NCBI GenBank assembly: GCA_000708835.1
Contig: DF237474.1
Coordinates: 2,828 to 65,862 of the forward strand
Origin: Klebsormidium nitens
Taxonomy: Eukaryota; Plantae; Klebsormidiophyceae
Direction of reading: 5' to 3'
DNA length: 63,035 bases
This document shows positions 46,198-59,360 of the stretch, piece by piece. The position numbers and the translations under genes were made by a program. Under the pieces are notes generated by a model. That model had not been told where the DNA came from. It saw nothing but the letters and a program-made list of their open reading frames with translations, and searched no databases. The stretch's first letter is position 1; each line of letters opens with the position of its first letter.

Positions 46198-46352
46198 GAC
46201 TGTGTGCGCGAGCCCGGCTAGCAATCTAGGGCCGACAAGTCTTAAGCTGATAGACTTCGACTATGTGCGCGAGCCGCTAGCGATCTAGGGTCGACAAGTC
46301 TCAAGCCTATTAGAGTACATTTAAGCGATCTAGGGCCAACAAGTCTGAAAGG
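46198..46352. repeat. Degenerate tandem repeat, ~60-bp period, ~2.5 copies
   Basis: Core agc(a/g)atctaggg(c/t)c(g/a)acaagtct occurs three times. Confidence 0.7.
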
Positions 46353-46701
46353 CTAAGTCGCCCTATCGCATAAGGTTCGGCTGGTTCAACGAATAGAACC
46401 TAGCAAACGATTTTGGTGGTAAGGGGGAGAGTCGGGATAGAAGCCGAAAGAGTGCAACCGTTACACCCTCACGAAAGCATTGGTAGTCTATTTATTGGGA
46501 CAATTCTGAAACCCTTCTGAAACAGCTCCACTTGAATTCTATCGGGCCTAGCACGGAGATCAATGTTGCCCTCCCACCCGCCCTGTATGTGTCAATCGGG
46601 CTGCCCTCCCGCCCGCCCTCATGGATGCCAGTCCCTTGTATATTTTGCTCTCGAAATGAGGCGAGCTGCAAAATCTGCCGGAGGCGGAATTCTTCGTCCT
46701 A

Positions 46702-47715
46702 TACCGTAGTAGCACGACCCAGTCGCACCAAAAATAATTCGTAAGGCCTTGGAGCAAAAATTTCCGGAAATTATTTTGACCTTGGTGCGAAAGTGCGAAA
46801 TTAAAAAAAAATGCGACAGTGGCGAAACGCCACTTATGCTCGGTTTTGCTTTGGGCGACCGGGATGATACGATGGTGCTGGTTTAGTACAGCCTTGAGTA
46901 AGTAGTAATAGCGCTCGGACGGTTGAACCGGGAACGTTTTCTGTGTTCATTAGCTTACCATATTAGGATTTCAGATACTTTAGCAATGTAAATAAGCTAT
47001 CTATCTTGAGAGTTGATCAGCTCTACCGGGCGGGGTGGGGACCGCAAGGTGTAGCGCTGTCAAACAGTCACGGAGCTGCCCGGTGGACTTGTATTTCCAC
47101 ATATTAGTTATCAGCCAGCTAGCCCTCAGTGGCGCGCCGAGCCTCGGCCGCACTGCGTGATCGGCCGCCCGGCCGAGAACGTACTAAGTTAAGGTCACCA
47201 GGGTTTAGCACCGTCGGTATGTACCATTTGTAGTAGAGCCGTTGGCTCTAAGGAGTCCCGTACGTACCGGTCTAGTGCGGCGGCCGGCAGGTGAACCGAT
47301 GGGTATGCCGTCCCGAAAAGGTTTAGCGAAAGAAAAACTAAATTTCGGGGCATCGACTCCCAAAACTCGTCGAAAACGTCAGTACCCTAGACAAATTTTA
47401 GACCTGGAGCCGGGCAAAAAGGCCGTTCGACGTCTAAAACCCGCTTAACAGAGTGATCCAGTCTGCGACGCCAGCTTCTCAGGTTCTCAAAATTACTGGT
47501 CGATTGCTATAGCTGGTTTTTTGTAAACAAAAAAACCGAGCTTAAAAAAACTCAAGTATACCGGCCCCGGAAACACGTAAGAATAGGCCTACAACACTGT
47601 AAATTCTGGCAAGTGCGAAATTGAAGTAATCCTCAAAACCCTGGTGCGAAATCCAAAAAAGGAAAAAAATAATTTTCTTAAGAGCTTGGTGCGAGTTCCC
47701 CGTGCCACTACGGTA
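46702..47715. mobile_element. Non-autonomous TA-flanked DNA transposon (Tc1/mariner, pogo-like ends), ~1 kb
   Basis: 30-bp imperfect TIR, 24/30 matches, starting TACCGTAGT and ending TCGCACCAA. Repeated GGTGCGAA subterminal motifs. No ORF. Confidence 0.6.
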
Positions 47716-48931
47716 GTTTGAAAATCAAGAAAACCGAGCTATAATTTTCGAAAATACATATTCGCACCAGCCGCCATGGTGCGAATGGGAAATGCAGTAC
47801 GGTACCGGTAGTCTGCCAGGGCTGTGGCAGGTTCCTCGCTGACGCAGGATGGACAAAAGTACACTACGACGTTGTACCTGATCTTTTTGTGTCAGAGGAG
47901 GCCAGGAAATATACTGTCACGAGTCACTCGCGAGTCACGACTCGCATGCTTGGCGTCCATCTATGCATACTGTAACACGTGGATCATTCTTAGACATTTA
48001 TAGCTGTAGATATGCAGATAGACTTAATCAGATTATTCCGATGACTTGCAGGTTTCCCCCTATAACGGTAACATGATCTATATAAACTAATACTTGATTC
48101 CTATTGGCTGCACAAGATGAGCTTAGCTAAGCTCATTCTAAGCTCACCCGGACTGCTGAGCTGCAGCAAGTCACACTAAGACTATCCTATAGACTGCATT
48201 TATAGACTGAGCTCATGTAAGCACATGAGCAGCTTGGGTCAAGCTACCAAACTGGATTTCTCCACTTGTGGACCTCATTCCCTAGACCCCGGATTGAGGA
48301 CAACTTTCATCTTAAGATCTTTCTCAACTCTACACTAGCTCTCTCCGCATCCATGTAGAAATCAGGATCCCCTATATCGCTTAAGGGAGCTCCCGATTAC
48401 ACATACATTGGCTGGCGGTCTGACATGTGTCAGAACGATCAGGTTGCAACGTGCTTGGGTCTGGTCAGCTACTCGGCGGTGACTCCGGTCCTAGGCTTTG
48501 ACCGAAGTCACCGGACACCTACCGAGCTACCTACCGTCCGGGGTGTCCGCTGCGCCTTGCATGGGCGCGACAATATTGCCCTGGCCGTGTCCGGAAACAT
48601 TGCCCTGGCCGTGTCCGACCGGGCAAGTATAAGTTCTCCCACAAGAGCGAGAGAATAGATCGATGGTTTTTGCGTCGAAGGAGAGCTGATATTGCACGAG
48701 GACCTCGGAGGCCCAGGGTCGAGTGGAATATAAAGCTCGACTTTGACGCAAAACCTAAGATGTTCTTGAGCACGACTAGGTAACCAAGTTGTCGCTGGAA
48801 CGAAGTCCGATGCATCGTCGAGCCTGGTAAGGGCCTCCCGTAAATATTGCACGGCAGAGGGTGGGCTGGAAAATATACATATTCAACGCCGCGGTCGCCC
48901 ACAGAGTTCGACGACAACACCTTTGCGGTAA

Positions 48932-49397
48932 GGGGCTCGTCGCATGCGACCGCTGCAATTTTCTTTCCGCCAGAATGTGGCGGGTTGACTTCGGGTCAGG
49001 TCGTCCAAATGCGGCATGGACGGATCGTCAAAAAGGTACAGCTTTCGACGGCGGTTTCGATAGTCTGGCGGTGACTCTCCAGATTCAATTCCAAAAAAAT
49101 ACATTCTGATCGCGAAGAAAAAGTTGGATTAATACTGATCCGGTACCGGGGCCCTGTAGTCTGCACATTGAGACCATGAAAGTCCTCGGTTTGGAATGTC
49201 GGAACCGCCAGATTCTAGGAGGACCTCCAAACCGCCAGCCACATTCTGGCGGGTTTGATAGTCCGATTGCGCGATCGAACTGTACTTTCTAAAATTCTGT
49301 CTGAGTGGCGGTGGCATCCGACGATGGACGGTTTGGGTCTTGGAACCGCTACATTCTCGCGAAAACAGAAATGTAGCGGTCGCATGCGACGAGCCCC
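48932..49397. mobile_element. PIF/Harbinger-type MITE (466 bp)
   Basis: Perfect 23-bp TIR GGGGCTCGTCGCATGCGACCGCT. TAA duplication at 48929-48931 and 49398-49400. Confidence 0.85.
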
Positions 49398-49586
49398 TAA
49401 TTAGTTGCTAACACGCAAGCGGCAACGCCTAAATGGCTGAGCGCAAAAACCGGTCGTGGGATAAATGCCGAATGTCCCGGCTCATTTTAGGCTGAGCGAA
49501 CATTCCGGACGGGCGATAAGAAACCCAATTTCCGGTTTTGCAGCGGTTTCATCATGGTTTCGGTCAGGGCCGGTTTGTCAAAATAT

Positions 49587-49780
49587 CAGTCGCAGTCGCA
49601 GTCGCAATCGCAGTCGCAGTCGCAGTTGCAGTTGCAGTTGCAGTTGCAGTTGCAGTTGCAATTTTGCAAATTCAGTCAGGTTTGATGTTGCACGGTTCGC
49701 CAAATCGATCGGGGTTGGGGCCCGGGGGACGTTTCCGGTCAGACACTCACAGTCACAGTCACAGTCACAGTCAGAGTCAC
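49587..49780. repeat. Compound hexamer microsatellites (CAGTCG)n(CAGTTG)n and (CACAGT)n
   Basis: Direct inspection: 49587-49660 and 49748-49780. Confidence 0.9.
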
Positions 49781-50188
49781 GTCGTTCAACCGTACGGTAT
49801 AGGTATTTGAACCATCACAGTAATACCTAAGTCGAAATTGGTCATGCAAAGCGTGTTGGTCAAAGTCGGGGTATCTTTTGTGAAAGTCAGCCTGCGGGCT
49901 ATCGCCACAGTCACAGTCGAGGTCGAAGTCAGGAGTACAGTACCCCTGTACAGTCAGATGTCACAGCAGTCCACCGGATCGCTGTACCTATTAAAACAAG
50001 TTTCAAAGTGGCAGGGTTTGATAACCACACCCGGTCCTGGCCGGCAACGACGAGTGCCCGGAGGGGCGCTGTACAGGTGTGCTACCGACCGGCCATGGAG
50101 CTATAACCATGAAGCTGACACTAAGCCTGGCCTGGGCTTGACTTAGCAAGTATTGGACCCAAGTACTTTAAGCTAGGTACCGTACCTG

Positions 50189-50476
50189 TACCGTACCGCC
50201 AAGGGAATTCATCACCTTTTTGTGCGAATAATTAATTGTGAACGTTTTCAGATTTCACCTTGCGATTCGGATACCGGTATTTATTTTACATTTCGCACAA
50301 ATCGGAAGTTTGATATCTTGATATTTTGCCACGCAAATCAGCAGGAAAGGGCTATTTTTTATTATTTTCTTCATTTCGCCTTTTCACCCTCGGGTCCCAA
50401 TTTAGTGTCCAAATTTTCACACCGACTCGGACCCCAAAAAAATTATTTTCTGGTGAATTCCCTTGGCGGTACGGTA
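50189..50476. mobile_element. Tc1/mariner (pogo-like) MITE, 288 bp including the flanking TA
   Basis: Perfect 23-bp inverted repeat TACCGTACCGCCAAGGGAATTCA at 50189-50211 and 50454-50476. AT-rich interior. Confidence 0.85.
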
Positions 50477-51649
50477 TTTGATTTCGGCAGGTTCGACGCC
50501 GAATAATTAATAATGAAACTTTTAATCCTCTAAGCAGACCTAGCGCCACCTGCTAAAAAATACCGTTATCGACCATTATCGCTTGAAAATATTTTCCAGC
50601 GAAATTCGGTTTTAGTGTTTTAGGGTATTTTTTATTTTTCGCCGAAATCATTATAGGTACGGTAGAATGGTTTGATGGAATATTAGTGTGTAAGAAAATT
50701 GCCTGTAAGCAAGCCTGTGAGGTAACGATGTAGTAGCATTGGTGGGCATATTAGCGAGTACCGACTACGGTAGGTACCCTTTTTTTTTTTTTTTTGCTCG
50801 GTTTTTTTATTTACCAGCTCTAGTTTCGACCCCAGCGTTTGAAAACCCCGAACGTGAGCACCCTAGACTGGATCACTCAGTTAAGCCGATTTTATGCATC
50901 GAACGCCCTTTCTGGCAGGCCGTAAACCTGAAACTCGTCGACTCGCGCTTTGCGTTTTGCTGTCTCCAAACTATTTTGTTTGGCGCGTGTGAATTCAAAC
51001 TTTTGAGGCGTGCTGTACGATGGTTCAGGTACATCCGATATGTTTCCGTATCTCGCAGGCTATACCACTATCACCGGGCTTCGGTGAACCTTGTTGTTGA
51101 TCTACTCTCCTACTAATTCTGTGCCCGGAAGGCTCCCGGAACGTATGCGTATAGATTGAATAGTTGTAATATGAATATACAAACATTTCTAAGGACAATT
51201 GCGGCCGGCGCAGGCCTCCGACCACATCCGATGTGACGTACTGGCTGCCTTCTCCGAAATCTTCAATCCATTTGAAGGCAGTGCCAAATTATTAAAACCG
51301 AGCATACGTGGCGTTTCGCCACCGGTCACATTTTTTTTGCTTGTATGACCTGAGAATACCGAGCACATCAGGTGGAGCATCGAGACTGCTATAGCGGGTA
51401 CCGACTACCTACGTACTACTGAGGAGCGAAGGCACCAACCATAGTACCGGTATGTACCTACCGGCAGCTGTAGTACGGCATAGGGATCTGCTATTCGAAG
51501 TTCCCCGATCGAAGTTCTCCAGACCCCGTACTTGATTGTACTCATCAATCGCCATCATGAACGTACTCACCTTGTAGCCGGAAAGTGTCAGTTTTCTGTG
51601 CTTGTGTGCTTCTTACCAAATTGACACTGTCAGAAGGTGCAGAGGACGG

Positions 51650-53788
51650 AAGTTCGTCATGCAGATCGCAAACATGGACACGGAACGGAAGCAACTAGAG
51701 GTTGATTACCACCAGCAACAGAAGAAGGCGGAAGCAGCTGCCAAGATCGCCCAGGACCAGCGAGAGGAGGTGAGGTTGAATCATGGCACGTCTTTCTTTA
51801 GATTTAACTTCTGGCTCTCCATCCTTCGCCTGCATGGAACAGAGCAGTAATGATTCATCTGTAGTGATTTTGGCCAAGGTTTGAATGCATCTCTGAAAGC
51901 CTGCCATATGCCAAGCATTTTCTTGCCTTTGTGCTGGATGCGCAAACAAGACACCCAGTTGCGATATGAATGACAAACGGTGCTTTTTACTTTTTGGAGC
52001 GAGAGGGACTTTTTCGGAGGCTTACGGTTGGCCTCGTGGCGTTCCTAGCACACAACTGAAACGTTGATTCCTATGCAGAGCGAGGCCTCGTTCCGTCAAA
52101 TGATCCAGAGGGTGAGTTACTTGACACCTTTGGGCTTGCAGTGATGCATTGGTCGGGTCCTGATTTGGGCCTCCGTCTGTTCTTTGAGCGACCTGAGTTT
52201 CAGATGGTTGCAATGTCTGCGGTGAAGGAATTTGCGGAAGGCAGACCTGCAACTACCTGCAGAACCTGCCGTGCCACATAACCGATTAAGCGGTTCAAAA
52301 TTAACCCTCATTGGAATGAAGCTGTGAATATCGGGCAAACCATTTTCATCCGGTCGCGTATGCGCTGTGGTGTTTAGACTCTGCTGCACTTTAAGCATCT
52401 CTAGCAAGGCTTGTCCAGTAGAAGTTGAACCTGACCCCCTTCTCTGTGTGCAGTTGCGCTCTGAATTGGAGGAAGCGACGAAGGCTGTGAGCGCGGCGGT
52501 GTTGCAAGGTGCAGACGAGGGCGCTGGCCAGGAAGTGGTAGTATTTCAGCAAGGCGAGGTAAGTTTCGGAGCGCAAACCCTCTCAAAGCGGCTGCGAAAC
52601 GAACAGCGCCGTGGCGCGCGTGCACATGCATCCCAACGCACCGGCGCACCTCTTGGAAAACATTTGGAGGGCCTGTAAGGTTCTCTCTAACCCAACCTGC
52701 AGGCAGGTCGCTGCGAGGCTTATAACCAGGTTGAGCATCACCACTGCGGGTTTGTTTCGAGAATTCTTCGAGGTCGCTACTATTGCTGGCACTCTTAACG
52801 TCAACGAGACGGATTCTTGCTCTGCAGGGACCCTGGGGCGCCAGGGACGTCGCTGGGGCTTGATCTGCCAAAGAGGATTTGGAAGACGGAGGAAAAGACG
52901 ACCAGCCATTGCCTCCTGCGCTTGTAAGTTCGATTTTTTATCAACACGCGACTGCCCGCTCTGATTCTGGTCTCTCCTTACAAACTCTGTGGATCAGCGT
53001 GTTTGCCAATACGAAGCAGTGTGGGCAATGATTGCCATGAAGATTCGTATTATGCAGATTTGAAGATCTCTGCGCTGGTCTCGAACGTCCTCACTCTGGA
53101 GCCGAGTTGCTGGATTAGTCAGATGACTTCACTTCAATCCCGAACACGTTACTCTTAACAGGGTGCGCCCTACTCAAGACGTGGCCGAAAGAAGGGGGAG
53201 GACAGGACAAAGGGGAAGCGGAGGAAGACCTCAGACTGGGACGAGCAATTGGAGAAGGTGCAGAGCCCCACGCTACTTGATTTGACTAACAGTGGCTCTA
53301 ATTCAGCTTTGGCTCAAATCGTACTTCGAATTATCGTTGATTGATTCCTGCCAGGCTACTTCAATTGTCTAATTGGAGATTATTTGTGGCGGCGGTGTCT
53401 TTGTGGTTTCTGATACAAGCTAAGCCGTATCGTCAGGTCGACAAATTACTGGCGCCTATATATAATTTCTTCTCGCACTTGCTTTTGCACCATGCCTACT
53501 CATCTTGCCAAACCGGCGGTGACTGAAAAGAAGTTCGAAACTTTTGATCTTTCCTTGCAGGAACGGGAAAATTTGAAGCGCTGCTTCGATGACCGCCACC
53601 ACATGCAGAAGGGTAACCTTGTCCGCTGTCAGGCTACTGGTTGTCAAAGCAGAAGCTCCTCTCACTGCAAGGGGTGTATGATGGCCTTCTGCGCGGTTAA
53701 AGGGAAAATTTGCTTTGCCTCACATCACGACCCTATGTTTGTGAAGTACATTAATGAACATATGAACGACGCTCGCGACGGATTTTGA
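51650..53788 (+). CDS. Spliced gene A: coiled-coil exons plus last exon with a piggyBac-type Cys-rich zinc ribbon (exon structure partial)
   Basis: Exons bounded by AG/GT (e.g. DQREE|GTGAGG, QQGE|GTAAG). Last exon 53561-53788 contains RCQATGCQSRSSSHCKGCMMAFCAVKGKICFASHH. Confidence 0.5.
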
Positions 53789-54886
53789 GGAGCTCTACAA
53801 CAGTGGGGAGGCGTTGAAACGAGTGATTATTTTATGTAAGGGAACTGGTTTCGCATGAGGCTTTTGAGGGACGCTGATCAGGGTGGACGCGATAATGTGT
53901 TATTCGGGTCTTCTTTGGCCGCAGAACGATCCCCTTATGAGTAAATCGCCCTTGTTGCCGGAAGCACCTATTTTGATGAAGAAGCAAGCCTTTTGCAGCA
54001 CTACAGGCACATGAAATGGCTTGGACACGAATCAAGAAGCGAAGTTAGCATCCAGAAGTATGAGTGCGCATAACATTACGTGTTTTATGCACGAACTGCC
54101 GGGATTAAAGTTGCACATGATTTCAATTACCTTCTCGCCAGAACTTGCAAGTGAATAAGCCCTGACGGGGACTTATAAAGACACAATCCTTGTACATCTG
54201 CGTAGTGCTAGCTTCGATCTTGCACATTTTGCATCACGCAGCCAACTTTCTACCATCAACGTCATGTCCTCAAGGTTGACGTACAAATTAGGCACTAGCT
54301 GATTGCACATGCATCACTTCAAGTGATGGTACATATGATCACATATACATAGTATGTACCTTCACTTGGTGTATGCAATGATAAATACGTAATATATGTT
54401 GCTATAGCTAGGACGCATACCAGCAGCACGTCAAAGACCGTGAGCTCTCAAGTCAATCAAGTTGTAGCTCGTCAACATGTATGGATGACTACGTATAGCT
54501 TGACTTACGTAGGTAAATCATATTATATAATGGAGCTAGCAACATTCAAATTCTTTAATCGTAGCTTAACTTAATCATAATCCTCGAGCTTAGCAACATG
54601 CCAGAAAGTTGTTTAGTATAGATGGCAATATGCATAAGATCTTTCCCTATTTTTTCAGCTTAAGCTGGTATTGCTGGCGTGCTGCTAAGGAAGCAGGACG
54701 GTCGATTCAATGCATAATCCATACAAAAATGGTTGAAGTAAGACGAATCGAGACGTTTCAGGGGTTTTTAAACCGATTCATATTAAAAGCGACCCGATTA
54801 ACACACTGATGTTTGATCAACCAGCCCTCAAAGGTCTGTGCAAAGCCCTAGGCTTGCAAAGGGAACGGCTTATGAGGTCCAATTTT

Positions 54887-56311
54887 CTACAATCTGTAAC
54901 CAGGGCCATACGTGACAAAAATCTCCTCTCGCTCAATCAAACACTCTGCAATAAGCCAGCAACACTGGTCATCTTTGTCCGGCAAGCTAAACCTGGCGTT
55001 GTTTTTCTTGCGGAGGGCCTTATCTCCGCTGGTTTTGGATAGCGTTCGATCATTTGCAATACTCCCAAGCCCCTGCCCAGGCTTCAGATCGCTCCCCTGT
55101 ACCCCTATCAAACTGCAACTGTTCTTCTCCCACTGCAAAGCATAGTTCTTTTCTGAGCATTTTGTGAGCTGAGACGGATGGCAGTGCCGGAGACTGCCTT
55201 CGTACCAAGTGATGTAGTCTCCTGGCTGGTACGTGACACATGCCTTCAAGCCCTTTCCAGCATCCGGACCAAGCGTAGAGGGAATGACTACATTTGCACC
55301 TTGCAGATAACCACCATGCTGCCTGGCCCACTCCTTGTCTCTTCTCCTGTGGAGATGGCACCTGGTAAAAATGTAGTAGTCAGCTCTTGCATTTCTGTAG
55401 CCCAATGGATGCAAGAAGGATATATAGACTTTTTCTTCAAAGCTAGGCAGATGTGAATAGCTGGGCAGCTTGAAATGGACTGACAGCAGATCATAATATA
55501 CAGCTATAACAAGAGGGCATTGTCGAAAATGCCAATTGATCTACGCAAGCGCTTCAACATCACGAAATGTTGCATTCCAGTTTCTCTCGGTCTCAACAAT
55601 CGAAAGCTATGGAGTGCAACCTGGCTGCTAGCATTGGAACGGCTTCGACCTTCTAGCAACATGCTTCGGATTCTCAGTTGTGACGTTGACATGGAGTTTG
55701 ATCTGACAGATTCCAAAAGTTGAGAGGCAGTTCATGTTCAAGTGCCTGTACATCAAAACAGCCCATACGAAAGTGAATTGTGGAAACGATGCTTCAAGCT
55801 TTGGTATCACTCAGAAACTCCTGCGCAGCTACACAAAGCCGTACCTCCTGTTGCTGTCATCACCCAGCGCACCAGCAATGGCCCTCATGCGGCATCTTTG
55901 GATTGAATCTCCACGCCGTACCAAACCAGTGCAGGTGTAAGTTCCGTAATTCAGGCCCCCAGGGTTCAATTGCGTAACACTCGATGCTGCACTCGAGGCG
56001 TCGTTATCGACTGTGTTCCCGTTCAAGAGCTGCAACGCCCTCTTCTTGACCAGGTGCCTTCGGGAGGTTTGGACAGAGACCCTCTTTTTATGTTCTTGCA
56101 ACTTTAATCCTATCTTGAAGGGCTTGCTTCGGCTCTTCTTCCCGGGGTGGTCCCTGCTCACATGTTTGTGAGCAGTTTTAAGCTTCTTAAAGCAACTTCC
56201 TTGGCAGGATGTACATGCCCATCCACATGTGATTAGCTCCTTCAACCTCACATAATCCTCTGCATCCTCAGTGGCACTCGATGGCAGCCTTTTCTGCTCT
56301 TTGGGCGGCAT
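54887..56311 (-). CDS. Spliced SET-domain lysine methyltransferase gene with an N-terminal C2H2-like finger
   Basis: SET motifs STLGPDAGKGLKA, YQPGDYITWYEG, GLGSIAND, NNARF, EEIFVTYGPGY. Upstream exon has CTSCQGSCFKKLKTAHKHVSRDH. Exact exon joins uncertain. Confidence 0.7.
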
Positions 56312-57328
56312 GATGGCCCTGTAGTGCGCCCCACAAATGCTTTGACGTCAGAGGTGACCAAGACTCGTCTTCAAAAAACCAAGTCATTTCGAGTCAGGGT
56401 GGGCCTGTAACTTACCTAGTAGTAGTACCTATGGAAGTACGGTACCTACCGTTTGTACCCACGCGGGCCACGGGTTCCGGTCTTGTACCGGTGAGTTCGG
56501 CGCGCAAATCGGAATTCCCCATTGTCCTCTTTACCACGCAGCGTCAATATAAATGCGCGGAAACTCCGACGCGACCTGCCGTTTAATAGGTGAACCGTAG
56601 GAACGTCATGGGAACGCTGAGTGCGGCACAAACTGCCAGTGCTCCGGGGCAAGGGGCGCCATCGCGCAGACAAGACGAACTTCATAGTTCTGAGATGCAT
56701 TGAGTGCTTGCGAGCTTTGAACGTGAAGGAGGCAGAGCTTCGCTTTCAAAATGCCCTTGTGAACGGATTTTGATTCAAGTTGGGAGCTCATCACACCGCT
56801 TCTCCAGCGGACCAAGCTTCATTCGCTCAGTTTTGCAGCTACCTCAGCTGGACGCCAATACAAGGTTAGCAGCTGGACTGAGGGGACGATCTGACGGAGG
56901 GAGGTTCCAATGGCTAGCCTTGGCACTATTGCAAGAAGAGTTCTTGCAGATCCGGTTGAGGACCAAGCAGGCAAAGAAAACATACCAGAAGGCCGGTAAG
57001 CATAGCCCCCAGGAGCACTGGTGTGCCAATCTGATGTTCTCCGCATGTTGCTGAAATTTGTGCATTTCATGCAGACTTGCACACTTTTGGCAGCTGGAAA
57101 AATCAAGAGACAACTATGTCAGGACCAATAGACAGTTGAAAAGGAAGTAATCTTTTCTTGTTCTGCAAGGTATCAAGGTGCTGGATAGTTACTAGAAGTC
57201 TTTCTTCTGAGGTCGTTTGGATCGCTTCCAGCTCAGTGAATCTGCAACTTTCTTAGACAAGCTCCGCCAAGTAACAATGGCGCCTTTGCCCTTTTTGCAG
57301 AGACCAGCCTCTGCGATCAACATGTTTC

Positions 57329-59360
57329 ATGTGCAAACACCATCTTGGCACCATTAGGCAGCTCAATGAAAAGCTAGACGCTGCAAAAGGTGACTCTTTT
57401 AGGGGGAAAAACTCAACTTTTGCGCAGCTTCAGGATGCAAGGACTACAAAGCAGATAAAGTCTCTCGAGTCTGAAGTAGTTGCGCTACAAGAAGAGGTTG
57501 CCAAGCTTCAAAAGCAGAATGCCCGCATCTCACGGTCAGGAAACAGGGGTGATTCTCAGCACATGCAGGAAACAATAGTACGTCTCAAAGCCAAACTTAG
57601 AGAGTGCTCCCAAGGGGAAGGCCATGGTGAGGCTCTGCACAACGAAACCTTGCAAGATCAACTCTCAAAAGCTAATTCAACTGCCACGTCTCATGCCTAC
57701 AAGCTTACGCAAGAGAAGTTGGCAGTAGAATCACAGAAGATGGAAATTGCGGAGTTAAAGTCTAATCTGGAGGCCACTATCGCAGCCTTTGACAAGCTGC
57801 TTGAAGAGTATCAAGGGTTTCGGGACGAGTTGGTCAAACAGAATGAACAGGTGAAATGGGCTGCGGCTCAAGACGAAGAGCACATATAGAATCTAAAGGC
57901 TGAATTGGGGGTTGCAACCAAAGAGGTGGAAAGATTGAACATCGCTATGGACAGAAGCAGAAGCAGTTGGGAAGGACAAGTGGGGGAGCTGACAACGGAG
58001 TTAGAGCGCCTGAGAGCAGTCAATGTTGAATGTAGTGAAGCTGCTGCAGAAGAGAGTTGTTTAGAGGTTGATGAGGCTGCTGCGCTAGCGCTCACGGACA
58101 TGAGAGCTTTGACAACGCAGTCACAAGGTCATGAGGTAAGTTACTTTGTGCAAGCACCAAGTCGTTGGGAATCTCCACGTGAGTCTATTTGCTTCTTAGA
58201 AAGCTGATATAATCTCAAGTTCTTTGTCTCTGAGTCTACTTGCTTCTCAAGAAAACTGAATATCGTCCCCGAAACTCTTTGTCCCTGAGTCCTCTTTTTC
58301 AATTGGACATTCATGAAAGTAAGGACACGTGGCGTGGCTCGTTGCAGGCGCGTGTGGGCCCTGCACCGGCGATTGTGGTGAAATCCATCTCAAAAAAGAA
58401 GCGGAGGGAAGACGAGAGACTGGAGGTAGGGAGAAGGATCTTTCCTTTGGCTTCCTTGTCCTCTTAAACCATCCTGGGGAATTCCTTCATGTGTAGGCTG
58501 AAACGGTTGCAACAAGAGCGCCATCACGAGGCCCTACTTGTCAGTCGATTCGGACGAGTTGCGTTAACATTTAAGAATGTTCACACTTTGGAGCACGGAC
58601 CCCATTGGGATTATGTTTGGCCTCATATGCTCTTTGTGACACTTCGTGCGTCCTTAAAACCAGACTTGAAGAGCCTTGATGACGACTTTGGTGCCTGACC
58701 CTGCTGCCTCACTATTTTCTTCGCCTTGCATCTCTCAAAACAGGTCGTGATCAAGGCGGATGGTGGCAAGACGAAAGGCGCTGCCGCATTGAAACGAGAC
58801 TGGGAGGCCTACTGGTCTAAGGTAAATGCCCTTTTCCTTTGTGTCTTTCAACTCCTTATCGTCAATAGCTTGAAGCCTTCAGTGCTCCCATCCTGACTGC
58901 TCTTGCAGGGCGACTCGCAGCACTGAAGGTGCCTCCTTCGAGTACCAGTCTGGTTCCATTGGCAAGGACCTGACTAAGCAGCTCATGGAAAAGCCTTCTA
59001 ACCAATCTTGTTCACCCTCAACTCCGTAATAGCATCAAAAAGCTCGCCGAAAGCCCGTATTGTAAAGTATCAGATCTGTCTCAAGCATACAGCGTTCTTG
59101 CTCTACAGGAACGTGAGCTGTTGAAGTCTACCTACGAAGACCGCCACTCAGTGATCAAGCATCCTGGCAGACCAATTCACTGCAGAGGCTCTGGTTGTGC
59201 CAAGAAGACCACGTCGTTTTGCGGAGGGTGTCAGCTCGCGTTCTGCACGAACGGTGGCAATTGCTGGGCTAGACATCATGAATGGGGCTACCTGAATTTC
59301 ATCAGAGGTGCGGAGGAGGATGCCAAAGACGCGTTCGAAAGGAAAAAGCAGAAGCTGTAG
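57329..59360 (+). CDS. Spliced gene B: long coiled coil plus last exon with a piggyBac-type Cys-rich zinc ribbon, paralogous to gene A's last exon
   Basis: Heptad-rich ORFs 57329-58140. Last exon 59109-59360 contains HCRGSGCAKKTTSFCGGCQLAFCTNGGNCWARHH. The 5' end is probably further upstream. Confidence 0.5.

Noticed and set aside
48573-48620. 24-bp tandem duplication (ATTGCCCTGGCCGTGTCCG core)
   Set aside because: Only two copies, most likely simple slippage with no further structure.
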